Made by a program: the position numbers and the translations under genes. Below are positions 1-10,462 of a stretch of DNA of 64,000 bases, piece after piece. The notes below the pieces were generated by a model. It had not been told where the DNA came from. It made no database searches and saw nothing but the letters and a program-made list of their open reading frames with translations. The stretch comes from Candidatus Hodarchaeota archaeon (GTDB lineage: Archaea; Asgardarchaeota; Lokiarchaeia; Sigyniarchaeales; SOKP01). Position 1 is the stretch's first letter, and every line of letters starts with the position of its first letter. The stretch is from assembly GCA_048886685.1 (NCBI GenBank), contig JBHLKM010000016.1, positions 1 to 64,000 on the forward strand. The letters run 5' to 3'.

Positions 1-321
1 TCTTATGCTCAAGGTTCAGCTGGAGGAATTTTTATGTTTGATCTTACTAATTATGAAAGTTTAATTGCTTTAAATGAGTGGCTTCCAGAATTTGGGAAGA
101 CAGTTAGATATATACCTCTCATAATGGTTGGTGGTAAACTAGACCTTGAACAACAAAGGGTTTGTAAAAAAGATGAAGTGTTAGATATAATGAAACCATA
201 TAAATTCCATAAATATATTGAATGTTCATCAAAAACAGGAGAGAATGTAGAATCAGTATTTAGGGTTTTATTATCTAAAATTCTTGAAGATAAAGGACAT
301 AAATACATAAAATTTAAGTGA
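1..321 (+). CDS. Small Ras/Rab-like GTPase, 5'-truncated by window edge
   Basis: Frame open from base 1 (SYAQGSAGGIFMFDLT); G4-like GGKLD and G5 ECSSKTGENV motifs. Confidence 0.85.
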   Translation, partial: SYAQGSAGGIFMFDLTNYESLIALNEWLPEFGKTVRYIPLIMVGGKLDLEQQRVCKKDEVLDIMKPYKFHKYIECSSKTGENVESVFRVLLSKILEDKGHKYIKFK

Positions 322-590
322 ATTAATATTTTTTTTTTCTTATTAATTTTTGCTTAAAAAACCAAATATTTAAAATCCTCATCAAATAATAACCAAGCTA
401 CCATAAGAAAGGAATTACAAGTTTAAAATTTTCTCTCATAGCAAGAATAAAATGCTAGAAATGTACTTCAATACAAATCCCATTACCTATATATATATTT
501 TTTTGATAAAAATGTAAAAATTTTTATTCGGAACTATCTATTCGTGCTATGTAATTTTATAAAAATTTTTAAAAAGAGAGAGGATGATTA

Positions 591-917
591 ATGTATATAT
601 TGATATCTGTATGGTACCCCCCAACCAAGTCTATGGAGGTTGGAAAAAAGTATATAGAAGCTACACAAAAATTTCCGGACGATGAAACAATATCAAAAAC
701 AATTTTAGAGGGGGGTGTAATGAGAACTAAAAATGGTATAAAAGCAATTCAAATACATGAAATAATGGAAGGTAAACTTGAAGAAGCCTTCGCCCGATTC
801 AATGAAGTACTTCAATTTTTCGCAGAAATCGAAGGTTTTAACAGCAGAATTGATACCATGGGAACAGTGGCAGAAGCTATGGAGCTAATAGGTCTCGCAA
901 TACCCGCACCTGCCTAA
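591..917 (+). CDS. Hypothetical protein, small alpha/beta type
   Basis: 108-aa ORF with AGAGGA-type RBS, followed by a T-rich tract; no motif assigned with confidence. Confidence 0.7.
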   Translation: MYILISVWYPPTKSMEVGKKYIEATQKFPDDETISKTILEGGVMRTKNGIKAIQIHEIMEGKLEEAFARFNEVLQFFAEIEGFNSRIDTMGTVAEAMELIGLAIPAPA

Positions 918-978
918 AAAATCTAAATTCTTCCTTATTTTTTTATTTTTGTTATCAATTTCTGTTTAATGATCATCA

Positions 979-1302
979 TTACCCTTCTTCACAGATGACT
1001 ATGATGATGATAATTGTAGGAACTACAAATCCTATTAGGAATCCTATCAGACCTAAAGTCCAAAGATCCCCCCAATTATACGCTGAATGAAGCCAAATAC
1101 CAATTCCTGCTCCGATAGTTCCTGTAATCAAATTAACTATTAACTTTATAATTATTTTAGTATTACGTTTTAAGGTCTTTGGGAGGGTGATATTCCTAGA
1201 TCCACAGCTTACACATTGTATAAACTTTTCAGTTTTAACATCTTTCGCCTCAATATCTATCCATAAAAAACCACAATCATTACATTCGTATCTAGGACTC
1301 AC
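979..1302 (-). CDS. Zn-ribbon membrane protein
   Basis: CNDC...CVSC pair followed by two hydrophobic helices. Confidence 0.7.
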   Translation of the reverse strand: MSPRYECNDCGFLWIDIEAKDVKTEKFIQCVSCGSRNITLPKTLKRNTKIIIKLIVNLITGTIGAGIGIWLHSAYNWGDLWTLGLIGFLIGFVVPTIIIIIVICEEG

Positions 1303-1464
1303 GTGATATATATTTCCTTATGCTTTTTAATATTTTTTGAGTTCTTGAGATAGATGAAGTGTATCATATAAGGCATCGGATTAAAATTTAATATTATAAG
1401 TAGGAATTTTTTAAAAACAATAAAAAAAAGGGTAAATAAAAAAACTTTAAGATTTTTCGCTGAA

Positions 1465-2610
1465 TTAGAAGCAGCGGTGAATAACTTGCGGACCCATCTC
1501 TTTATACTCGCGTCTGGTTACCCACATGCGATGGAATGTTTTGAGTGAGCTTAAAATTGAACCGCCAATCCATACGGAGTACATACGTTCTGGTGGGGCA
1601 ATAATTTTTACGTCAACGCTCTCTGGGATTTGTTCCTTTATTTCTTTGGTTAATCGTTCCTTTATCCCGGGAAACATTGTACTTCCACCCGAGAGAACGA
1701 TGTTTGCATAAAGATCTCGGCGGAGGTCGACATCACATTCAGAGATAGCTCCAACAATCACGTCGTCAAGTGGCTCCAACTCTTTCCCGATGACACTTGG
1801 ATTAAAGAAGCATTCAGGAGCCAAAAATCGTTCTACGCCGACGTTGATGGTCTCTCCGTCAGGGAGCATGTAGCTTTTCTCCATTCCGGCAACCTTTTTG
1901 CTCAGCATCATTTCTTTCTCAGGGTCAATCGCGACATAGCACAATTTCTCTTTTATATCCCTAACAATCTGTTTTTCCGCAGAGGTGGTAAAAGAGTATC
2001 CTTTTTGTCTTAAAAGTCTTTGTAAGTAGGTGGTAATATCTCGACCTGCAAGATCAATTCTCTGGATAGCATGGCTTAAAGCGAATCCTTCGAAAATTGG
2101 CACGACGTGAGAAACACCGTCACCAATATCAATAACACACCCGGTAGTACGACCAGAAGCATATAGTGATAAGACTGCTTGCATTGCTACATATAAAGCA
2201 GGTGTGTTGAATGTCTCAAACATAATTTCAGCCATTTTTTCTCTATTTGGACGTGGATTTAATGGTGCTTCAGTCAAAAGTACTGGATGTTCGCTAGGAT
2301 CAATACGAAGATCTGTATAGAAGGTATAATGCCAGATCTTTTCCATAGCGGTCCAATCTTCTATGATACCATGTTCAACAGGGAACATGAGTTTCAAAAC
2401 ACCTTTTAGCTGCATGGCTTCTTCTCCAATATAGTATTCCCGTGTATAATGCTCGACATCGGTCATTATAGACTCATATTTTGGATAACCAATAAGAGTT
2501 GGGAAAACAGAACGAGGTTGGTCTTCTCCAGCGAAACCATTTTTCGAGATTCCTGTACCGTTATCCACCACAAGGGCCTTGGCGTTTAAAAAGCTTTCTT
2601 CTTCTGCCAT
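1465..2610 (-). CDS. Lokiactin (eukaryote-like actin)
   Basis: [60 protein letters not shown] and C-terminal IHRCF. Confidence 0.97.
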   Translation of the reverse strand: MAEEESFLNAKALVVDNGTGISKNGFAGEDQPRSVFPTLIGYPKYESIMTDVEHYTREYYIGEEAMQLKGVLKLMFPVEHGIIEDWTAMEKIWHYTFYTDLRIDPSEHPVLLTEAPLNPRPNREKMAEIMFETFNTPALYVAMQAVLSLYASGRTTGCVIDIGDGVSHVVPIFEGFALSHAIQRIDLAGRDITTYLQRLLRQKGYSFTTSAEKQIVRDIKEKLCYVAIDPEKEMMLSKKVAGMEKSYMLPDGETINVGVERFLAPECFFNPSVIGKELEPLDDVIVGAISECDVDLRRDLYANIVLSGGSTMFPGIKERLTKEIKEQIPESVDVKIIAPPERMYSVWIGGSILSSLKTFHRMWVTRREYKEMGPQVIHRCF

Positions 2611-3068
2611 ATTTTATTATCAGCCTATATTTTTAATTTTAATTATTTTGGATTATATTTTTAGGTGTATATTACATATTACTTGTGGTAATTTTAATTT
2701 TTATATTTTTATCAAAAAATTGTTTTTTTTGATTGTAAAATACAAAATTTAATAATCTAATAAATTATGTATTTATAAATTTTTTTAAACCAGAAACAAA
2801 AAGTACTCTATTTTTAAAGCCTTTATAAATAAAGTACGAAATCTCGTAAAGTATTTGATTGGTAAATTGACGTATTACATTCTAATCATATTTCCGTCAT
2901 ATTATGATTTTACAACAAATAGAGTAAAAATTTTTTGAAATCGAAAAGAATTGTTATAAAAAGTTGAAGTTTCTAACTTTGTAATTCATAGTTCAATCCT
3001 CTAAAAGATATTTATTTCACAAAATAAATACTAAAATAATTAGGTAAAAATTATTAGTTATTATTGTA

Positions 3069-4502
3069 ATGGAATTAAATCCTGATTATATCAAAGAGAA
3101 TTTATCTGAAATTGGAAAAAAAGAGGGTTTAAATCTATTAAGAGAGCTTATTAATAGTTCGAATGATTCTAATATCCGTAAAAAAGCACTAGAAAACTTT
3201 GGAATGTTAGAAGGGGGTAATAATTTCTCATTTTTAGAACAATTATTTCTTTCTGACGAGGATCTTGATATAAGATTAATTGCTGGTATGATACTACAAG
3301 AAAAATATCCAACACATAAGAAACTCCTTCGTCTTTTAGAATATTCATTAAGGAAACTAGACAATGTAGCCCAAAAAATCTTTTCTATAAAAACTCTAAA
3401 CTCCATAGAAAATATAAAAGCCCGAAAAATTCTGACAGAATATTTAAGAGAATATTTAAAGAAAAAATTTAAAGATAAGAAACATGATTTACAGCTTACT
3501 TACGATTACAAATTAGTTATTCCTGAAAACATTATTGAGATTTTTATTAACTTAATTCTAAGCGACTTTTATGAATATAAATGCAGGTATCTTATTACGC
3601 TTAGAAGAGGGAAGATTGTCGCATTAAATTGTGAAAGTTCTAATTTAGAAAATATTTCAGATATATACGGGTTTTGTTTACTTAATGATTTAGAACATCT
3701 TTCTTTACAAAGAAATAACATTAAAATAATTTTAAATCTTAACCATTTAAGGAACCTGAAGTCTTTAGATTTATCTCACAATAAATTGGAAAAGATCCAA
3801 AATCTTGAGAACTTGGGTAAATTAGAAGAATTAAGTTTATCAAATAATGGAATCTGGAGAATAGAAAATTTAGAATTATTGCATAATTTAAAAAAATTGA
3901 ACCTTAGTGACAACTCAATAAAAATTATCGAAAACTTAAATTCTTTGAGTTCGTTGGAGATTTTGGATTTGAGCCATAATAGCATATCACATATCAGCAA
4001 TCTAGATAAATTAGAGAATTTAAAAAGATTAAACCTTTCTTTTAATCAAATTGAAAAAATAGAGGGCCTTATTCAGTTAAAGAACTTAATGTGGTTATAC
4101 TTAAATGATAATAAAATTTCTCAGCTTGAAGGCTTATCAACGCTAAATAAATTGAAGGGATTATATCTTTCAAATAATTTTATCGAAAGAATCAAATCAT
4201 TAGAGAGCTTATTGAGTTTAAAGAAATTAGAATTGTCAAATAATAAAATTTACAAACTGGAAGGATTACAAGAATTGTTAGAACTACAGGAACTATATCT
4301 AGATAATAATCTAATACAAAAAGTAGATGGTCTCGAAGGATTAGATAATTTAATAATGCTACATATAGGGAGAAATAAAATACAAGAATTTAGAAAGGAG
4401 AACGTTGAACATTTGAAGAATCTGAATTTTTTATTCTTAAATGAAAATCCTTTAGATAAAAAGAGTTTTGTGGAATATCAGAAAAGAATTAGATTTCCAT
4501 AA
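3069..4502 (+). CDS. Leucine-rich repeat protein (SDS22-like LRRs) with HEAT-like N-terminus
   Basis: About 12 tandem 22-aa repeats LxxLxLSxNxIxxIExL; helical N-terminal region. Confidence 0.9.
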   Translation: MELNPDYIKENLSEIGKKEGLNLLRELINSSNDSNIRKKALENFGMLEGGNNFSFLEQLFLSDEDLDIRLIAGMILQEKYPTHKKLLRLLEYSLRKLDNVAQKIFSIKTLNSIENIKARKILTEYLREYLKKKFKDKKHDLQLTYDYKLVIPENIIEIFINLILSDFYEYKCRYLITLRRGKIVALNCESSNLENISDIYGFCLLNDLEHLSLQRNNIKIILNLNHLRNLKSLDLSHNKLEKIQNLENLGKLEELSLSNNGIWRIENLELLHNLKKLNLSDNSIKIIENLNSLSSLEILDLSHNSISHISNLDKLENLKRLNLSFNQIEKIEGLIQLKNLMWLYLNDNKISQLEGLSTLNKLKGLYLSNNFIERIKSLESLLSLKKLELSNNKIYKLEGLQELLELQELYLDNNLIQKVDGLEGLDNLIMLHIGRNKIQEFRKENVEHLKNLNFLFLNENPLDKKSFVEYQKRIRFP

Positions 4503-4520
4503 AGATTAGTGGTTATAAGA

Positions 4521-5087
4521 CTATTTATTTTGGTTTAAGTAATCATCAATCCAGAGCTCCATCAAAACCTCATCATAATAGACAGAATCCATATAATATT
4601 GTTTTTTTCTTACTCCTACTACTTTAAATCCTATTTTTTTATAGATATGTAGTGCTCTTTCATTCGTAGAGAAACAACTCAATGTAATTTTCTCTTTATT
4701 ATTTAGCTTTTTCGATTCTCGAATGGCAATATCAATTAAACCAGTACCGATCCCTAAGTCTCGATATTTTTTCTTTACAATAATTCCTAAGATCCCAACA
4801 TGTAAACCAGCATCCCATTCCGAATTGGAAATTTCGCATTGTCCAATGATGTTATAGGGAGATTTTAATTTTTTATCTTCTGCTACAATACAAATTTCCT
4901 TTTCATTTTTAATTTTGCGATACCAAGAATCTTTTTCTAGACGAGATCTTACAGGAAAAAATACAGGTAAATATATTCCTTCTTCTACTACCTCATTAAA
5001 ATTATTCCAGACACCTTCAATATCAGATTTATCTAAATGTCTGATGATGATTTTTTCTCCCGTTTTTAACTCTAAAGTCCTATTCAT
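4521..5087 (-). CDS. GNAT family N-acetyltransferase
   Basis: YRDLGIG motif A, N.RAL.IYKKIGF; start moved to ATG 5087 because the upstream extension overlaps the opposite-strand gene. Confidence 0.88.
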   Translation of the reverse strand: MNRTLELKTGEKIIIRHLDKSDIEGVWNNFNEVVEEGIYLPVFFPVRSRLEKDSWYRKIKNEKEICIVAEDKKLKSPYNIIGQCEISNSEWDAGLHVGILGIIVKKKYRDLGIGTGLIDIAIRESKKLNNKEKITLSCFSTNERALHIYKKIGFKVVGVRKKQYYMDSVYYDEVLMELWIDDYLNQNK

Positions 5088-5132
5088 TACTTGAATATAA
5101 ATTTTTATAATTAAATTCCTTATGGTAATATT

Positions 5133-5567
5133 ATGAAAAATAAAGATGATGAATCCGTTAAAAAAGAAAAAGAAGAAAAGGAAAAAGATCACCAAAAAGA
5201 GAAGCCTGTTGCTAAAGATTTAGTTACATTAAAGCATGTGGAAACCAAAAAACAAGAAATCAGTGCAGAAACAAGAGATCTTGCTCAAACTCTAAAAGAA
5301 AGGTATATTGAACATGATCAATTTGAGAGACTTACAAATGATGAACTTACTATCCTTGAAACCTTTATGGGTAAGAGACTTTTTTTGGAACGGATAGCGA
5401 TAATTGCCAACCAATCAAGGATTCCATTAGGGATTCCTGGGTTTAAAAAAGCGGAATTAGAAGAGATCTTAGAACGCCTTGTCTCTAAAGGCTACATTGA
5501 GTTTGATGTAGTTGGAGATAAAAAGGTATATTTCCTTACAGAGAGAGGAAAATATCGAGTTCAATAA
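5133..5567 (+). CDS. Hypothetical protein with C-terminal winged-helix-like domain
   Basis: Charged N-terminus; C-terminal LERLVSKGYIEF...VYFLTERG typical of wHTH. Confidence 0.7.
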   Translation: MKNKDDESVKKEKEEKEKDHQKEKPVAKDLVTLKHVETKKQEISAETRDLAQTLKERYIEHDQFERLTNDELTILETFMGKRLFLERIAIIANQSRIPLGIPGFKKAELEEILERLVSKGYIEFDVVGDKKVYFLTERGKYRVQ

Positions 5568-5582
5568 TTTCTACAATCAAGA

Positions 5583-5885
5583 CTACTCTTTTTTTAGAAT
5601 CAATTTATTTATTGGAATATCTTGATATTCTTCGTTTGGATTTTCTCTTCTAATTGTTAATGGTAAAATTTTTGACCGTAATTCCACTTGTGCGATTTTT
5701 ATTGGATCTATCATACCTTTTGGCTTCTCTACGAGGATAGGTGCACCAAAGCTGATTTGTAATGCACGAGCACCTACGATCCTGGCTTTCTCGTATCTCG
5801 TTAAAAAGATTGGTCCAATCTTAACGTACTCTCTAACTTGTTTGTAAAGTTTGCGTAATTCTCGAGATTCTAAAAAACTAGACAT
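5583..5885 (-). CDS. rpo6: DNA-directed RNA polymerase subunit K (Rpo6)
   Basis: [21 protein letters not shown] and LPLTIRR; likely start ATG 5885. Confidence 0.95.
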   Translation of the reverse strand: MSSFLESRELRKLYKQVREYVKIGPIFLTRYEKARIVGARALQISFGAPILVEKPKGMIDPIKIAQVELRSKILPLTIRRENPNEEYQDIPINKLILKKE

Positions 5886-5964
5886 GGTTGAGGTAACCAA
5901 AAAATCAGTAATTAGATTTTTAAAATGCAGAATATCATATAACTTTTTCGATCTATAAAACAAA

Positions 5965-6059
5965 TGCGCGAGAGGGGAGTCGAACCCCTGATCTACACGG
6001 TTTACTCCTTAGTTTTTCTAAGTGTGAGCGTGTCGTTATAGCCACTAAACCACTCGCGC
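5965..6059 (-). tRNA. tRNA-Val(CAC) with 22-nt anticodon-loop intron (about 6001-6022); CCA not encoded
   Basis: Acceptor GCGCGAG/CTCGCGC, anticodon stem ACACG/CGTGT with loop CT-CAC-AC after intron removal, T arm AGGGG-TTCGACT-CCCCT; intron hairpin CTTAG-AAAAA-CTAAG. Confidence 0.93.
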
Positions 6060-6249
6060 ATATATGTAAGTAAGTATAATGCGCGATATGAATTAAATCT
6101 TTTCTTACTCTATTATTAAATCTAATTTATTAAAATATTAGTAATTCGATTTAAGAACTTGAGCATTTTTTATTGATCTTATTAAGTCTTATAGTTTATA
6201 TATTTTATTTCAATTTTATAGTTCAAAGCGATAAAAAGTAATTCTTCTG

Positions 6250-8562
6250 GTGATATCAGTCTCAACAAATAATGATTTCATTTCTCATCCTTTAATAAAA
6301 CCAAATCTTGTGTCACGTAGAGAATATCAAGAAACCATTTTTATCAATTGTTTGAATAATAATTGTTTAGTTGTAATTCCAACTGGTTTAGGAAAAACTG
6401 TTATTGCCTTAATGCTTGCTGTTCACAGATTAACAAAAATGCCAACATCGAAAGTTATTTTTTTAGCACCTACAAAACCTTTAGTAGAACAACACAATAA
6501 ATCATTTCTAGATCTCACATTGATTCCGTCAGATTCATTGCAGTCTCTTACTGGTGCGATATCTCCTGAAAAAAGAGAGGGTATCTGGAACCAAATAAAA
6601 GTAGCTTTCATGACACCCCAAGTTCTCCAGAATGACATAATTTCGAACTTATACTCAATTAAGGATGTTTCATTAATTATATTTGATGAGTGCCATAGAG
6701 CAATAGGAGATTATGCATATTGTTTTATTGCAAAGAAATACATGGAGACAACGGGAATCCACCAGATATTAGGCCTTACGGCTAGCCCTGGTTCCACTTT
6801 AGATAAAATAAATGAAATAAAAGAAAATCTATTCATAGATCATGTGGAAATAAGAACGGATAAAGATATTGACGTAAAACATTATGTTCAGAAAGTAGAT
6901 AATGAATGGATCAAAATTACTTTACCTAGTGAATTTCTGGAAATTAAGAGAATATTAGAACTGAAATTGAAAGAGATTTACAAATGGCTGAAAGAAAAGG
7001 AATTAATTAATTCAATTGATCTCAATAAAATTACTCGAAAAGATCTGCTTCAACTAAATAATACCATTAATAGAAGGATATCAGCTTCACAAACCGATGC
7101 TGAGAAATTTGACATGTTTTACGCTAAAAAACTGCAAGCTAATGCTATAAGGATATCTCACATGTTAGAACTTCTTGAAACTCAAGGAGTTAATGCGTTA
7201 AAAGATTACTTAGAAAAAAATGAAGAAAAGATCAAAAATAACAGTGCAAATAAATCTCTCATGGAATTATTTGCTGATAAAAATTTTAAGAAAGTACAGG
7301 AATTAACATATCAGATTCAATCTAAAGGTATTGTTCATCCTAAACTTGAGTATTTAAAAGATATATTAACTACCCAAGTACAGGAAAATAAGGAGTCAAG
7401 AATTTTGGTTTTTGCCCATTTTCGAGATTCTGTTAATAACATTGTACGGTATTTTAAAGAGGATAACATTATTAAGGCACATAAATTTGTTGGTCAAGCA
7501 CATAAAGGATCTGATAAAGGATTAACACAAAAAACACAAATTAAACTTCTTGAAGATTTCAGAGAAGGGATTTATAATACCCTTATAGGTACTAGCGTTG
7601 CTGAAGAAGGTTTAGATATAGCAGAATGTGATTTAGTTGTGTTTTATGATGTTGTACCTAGTGCTATTCGCTCAATTCAGAGACGGGGTCGAACAGGTCG
7701 GAAAAAAGAAGGGAAGGTTCTTATATTAATGGCAGAAGGAACCAGAGATGAAGGGTATTATTGGGCTGAAAAGGCAAAAGAAAGAAATATGAGAGAAAGC
7801 CTGAAAAAAATAAAATCGTCTGAACATGACACCAAAAATGGCCAATCAAATCTCCTTAACTTCATTGAAAAAGCAGAACATGATATTGCGTCCACTCAAA
7901 AAGTTACAAACGTTGAGCAATTTGAAATAGTATGTGATAATAGAGAAACAGCTTCCTCAGTTGTTAGGAATTTATCATTAATGGGTGTTAATTTAAGGTT
8001 AGAACAACTCTACGTTGGTGATTATGTAATTTCAAATCGCGTGGGTATTGAGAGAAAAAGTTCACAAGATTTTACTGACTCAATAAAAGATGGAAGACTG
8101 TTTAAAGAATTGAAGGATTTAACAGATAACTATGATAGAGCTATATTAATATTAGAAGAAGATCCATTTGAGAATTCAAGTCTTAGTGAAAATGCTATTT
8201 ATGGCGCAATAACGTCAATAATTTTAAACTTAGGAATAACAATATATAAAACAAAGGATGCGAAAGAAACTGCGATGTTCTTATATCAGTTAGCTAAAAA
8301 AGAACAATCAGATAGTGATACAACATTAAAATTAAGGTTTGATAAAGCCCCAATTGAAACTTCTCGTCTTTTAGAATATCTTATTGCCGGGATCCCAGGA
8401 ATTAATACACTTAGAGCTAAAAATCTATTAAAAGAATTTAAAACACTTCAAAATATATTCTTAGCAGATATACCTGACTTAACGAAAATTGAGAACATTG
8501 GAAAAAAAATTGCTCAAGAAATATACAAAATTGGCAGATATAGATACAAGAATGATCATTAG
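6250..8562 (+). CDS. hef: Hef helicase-nuclease (FANCM/XPF-like)
   Basis: PTGLGKT, DECH, QRRGRTGR helicase motifs; GDY...ERKS ERCC4 nuclease; C-terminal HhH repeats. Confidence 0.95.
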   Translation: MISVSTNNDFISHPLIKPNLVSRREYQETIFINCLNNNCLVVIPTGLGKTVIALMLAVHRLTKMPTSKVIFLAPTKPLVEQHNKSFLDLTLIPSDSLQSLTGAISPEKREGIWNQIKVAFMTPQVLQNDIISNLYSIKDVSLIIFDECHRAIGDYAYCFIAKKYMETTGIHQILGLTASPGSTLDKINEIKENLFIDHVEIRTDKDIDVKHYVQKVDNEWIKITLPSEFLEIKRILELKLKEIYKWLKEKELINSIDLNKITRKDLLQLNNTINRRISASQTDAEKFDMFYAKKLQANAIRISHMLELLETQGVNALKDYLEKNEEKIKNNSANKSLMELFADKNFKKVQELTYQIQSKGIVHPKLEYLKDILTTQVQENKESRILVFAHFRDSVNNIVRYFKEDNIIKAHKFVGQAHKGSDKGLTQKTQIKLLEDFREGIYNTLIGTSVAEEGLDIAECDLVVFYDVVPSAIRSIQRRGRTGRKKEGKVLILMAEGTRDEGYYWAEKAKERNMRESLKKIKSSEHDTKNGQSNLLNFIEKAEHDIASTQKVTNVEQFEIVCDNRETASSVVRNLSLMGVNLRLEQLYVGDYVISNRVGIERKSSQDFTDSIKDGRLFKELKDLTDNYDRAILILEEDPFENSSLSENAIYGAITSIILNLGITIYKTKDAKETAMFLYQLAKKEQSDSDTTLKLRFDKAPIETSRLLEYLIAGIPGINTLRAKNLLKEFKTLQNIFLADIPDLTKIENIGKKIAQEIYKIGRYRYKNDH

Positions 8563-8688
8563 ATTAAAATAAGTATATCATCTCTAATTGATTAAAACGA
8601 TAAAAAAGATTTTTAACGTTTTTAATAATTATTAATTATATTATTGAATTTAATTCATGAAAAAAATATCACCAGAGCGAAAATATAT

Positions 8689-9273
8689 ATGATAAAGTTC
8701 AAAGTCGTTGTTGCTGGGGCTAAAAATGTAGGAAAAACTTCACTAATTCGTCGATTTGCTACAGGTAAATTTGAAATCTCTACGTTATCAACTATAGGAG
8801 TAGATTTTGAGACAAAAAAAGTGATTGTTGATGGTACAGAGATATTGCTAAATATTTGGGATTTCGCAGGTGAAAAGAAATTCCGTCTTTTATTTCCCTC
8901 TTATGTTTCAGGTGCTTCTGGAGCTTTAATGTTATATGATGTTACTAATGAAGATTCATTAAAGGATCTTTATGATTGGATAAATGTTATCTCATCTGTT
9001 CCTAATTCACCCAAAACAAAGATATTGATTGAAGCAAAATGCGATTTAAAAAGAAAAGTGAAAAAAGAGGAAGCACAGGAAATTTTTGAAAAGTTCAATT
9101 TTCAAGGAGACTTAATAAGTACATCTGCTAAAACGGGTGAAAATGTTGAAAAAGCATTTGAGATGTTAGGACGCGAGATATTAAAGAAATCCCTACAAAA
9201 ATGCACAAATTGTGGAGAATTGTATCCAATTGAACTAAAATTCTGTCAATATTGTGGTTCAAAGACAGCCTAA
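8689..9273 (+). CDS. Rab-like small GTPase with C-terminal Zn ribbon
   Basis: GAKNVGKT, TIGVDF, WDFAGE, TSAK; C-terminal CTNC...CQYC. Confidence 0.9.
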   Translation: MIKFKVVVAGAKNVGKTSLIRRFATGKFEISTLSTIGVDFETKKVIVDGTEILLNIWDFAGEKKFRLLFPSYVSGASGALMLYDVTNEDSLKDLYDWINVISSVPNSPKTKILIEAKCDLKRKVKKEEAQEIFEKFNFQGDLISTSAKTGENVEKAFEMLGREILKKSLQKCTNCGELYPIELKFCQYCGSKTA

Positions 9274-9388
9274 ATGTCTTAATTATTGAATAATTTGCTC
9301 TCTTTCTTTCTATATGATTAGAAATATCTGAAATTAAGAAAAATTTATTTACAAATATAGATTTGAAGAACTATATTGATTATCATGA

Positions 9389-10462
9389 GTGGATTTTATT
9401 ATGCATTACGAAATTAGTCAGGATGTTGAGGAAATTAATGAAAGACTGAAAAAAGAGGGCATTACATTTGAGGGTAAAACAATTTTAGTTACAGGTGGTG
9501 CAGGTTTTCTTGGTAGTTGGGTATGTGATGTGTTGGTTAAACAGAACGCATATTGTATATGTTTAGATAATTTAACTTCAGGTCAACCGAAAAATATAAT
9601 GCATCTAATGGAAAAAGATAATTTTCGATTTATTAATCATGATATTTCTTATCCAATATATTTTGGAATGAGTTATCATCCATTGGGCATCTGTATAGGT
9701 GATATTAAAAAAATAGATATTGTAATGCATATGGCTAGCCGAGCATCCCCATTTGAATTCAAAGATAATCCAATCTCTATTTTGAGGAGCAACACTCTAG
9801 GAACTTTGAATTCTTTAGGAATCGCAAAATTCCATAATGCTATATTTTTTTATACAAGTACTTCTGAGGTTTATGGAAATCCCCCTATAGAAGCAGTACC
9901 CTCACCAGAAAGTTATTTTGGAAATGTTAATCCTGTTGGACCCAGAAGTTGTTATGATGAATCTAAAAGGGCCGGAGAGGCTTTTATTAAAGCTTATGAG
10001 CTTCAACATCAAATGAGAACAAAGATAGTGAGAATTTTTAATACTTCTGGACCTAGAATACGCCATGGTCCTGAGTTTGGGAGGGTAGTTCCAAATTTCA
10101 TTCACCAAGCTTTGAATGATAGTGATATAACTATTTTTGGGGATGGATCCCAAACGAGGTCATTTATATATATAGTAGATGAAATCGAGGGTATTCTAAA
10201 AATCGTTTATAAAGATGAAGCAAATGGAGAAGTTATAAATTTAGGTAATGATAAAGAATACACCATTTTAGAATTAGCAAATATTATCAAAGATTTGACA
10301 AACTCTAATTCTAAAATTGTTTTTAAACCATTACCTATAGATGACCCAGTGCGTAGATGTCCCGATATTACCAAAGCAAAAAAAATCTTAAATTGGAAAC
10401 CAACTACTTCATTGAAAGATGGATTACAAAAAACAATTGCATGGTTCAGAGATTATGGATAG
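9389..10462 (+). CDS. UDP-glucuronate decarboxylase-like NAD-dependent epimerase/dehydratase
   Basis: TGGAGFLG, STSEVYG, GNVNP.GPRSCYDESKR, DDP.RRCPDI. Confidence 0.9.
   Translation: MDFIMHYEISQDVEEINERLKKEGITFEGKTILVTGGAGFLGSWVCDVLVKQNAYCICLDNLTSGQPKNIMHLMEKDNFRFINHDISYPIYFGMSYHPLGICIGDIKKIDIVMHMASRASPFEFKDNPISILRSNTLGTLNSLGIAKFHNAIFFYTSTSEVYGNPPIEAVPSPESYFGNVNPVGPRSCYDESKRAGEAFIKAYELQHQMRTKIVRIFNTSGPRIRHGPEFGRVVPNFIHQALNDSDITIFGDGSQTRSFIYIVDEIEGILKIVYKDEANGEVINLGNDKEYTILELANIIKDLTNSNSKIVFKPLPIDDPVRRCPDITKAKKILNWKPTTSLKDGLQKTIAWFRDYG

Noticed and set aside
3680-4460. Tandem DNA repeat or CRISPR array
   Set aside because: The 66-nt periodicity is explained by protein LRR repeats; no identical repeats with spacers and no cas genes seen in the window.
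5088-5195. Phe-rich N-terminal extension of the GNAT ORF as a signal peptide
   Set aside because: It is largely the reverse complement of the Lys/Glu-rich start of the opposite-strand gene at 5133.
9655-9705. In-frame insertion (about YFGMSYHPLGICIG) in the UDP-glucuronate decarboxylase as a third intron
   Set aside because: A small hairpin exists (TGGAATGA-GTTA-TCATCCA), but I found no BHB geometry, stop or frameshift, and it falls in a variable loop.
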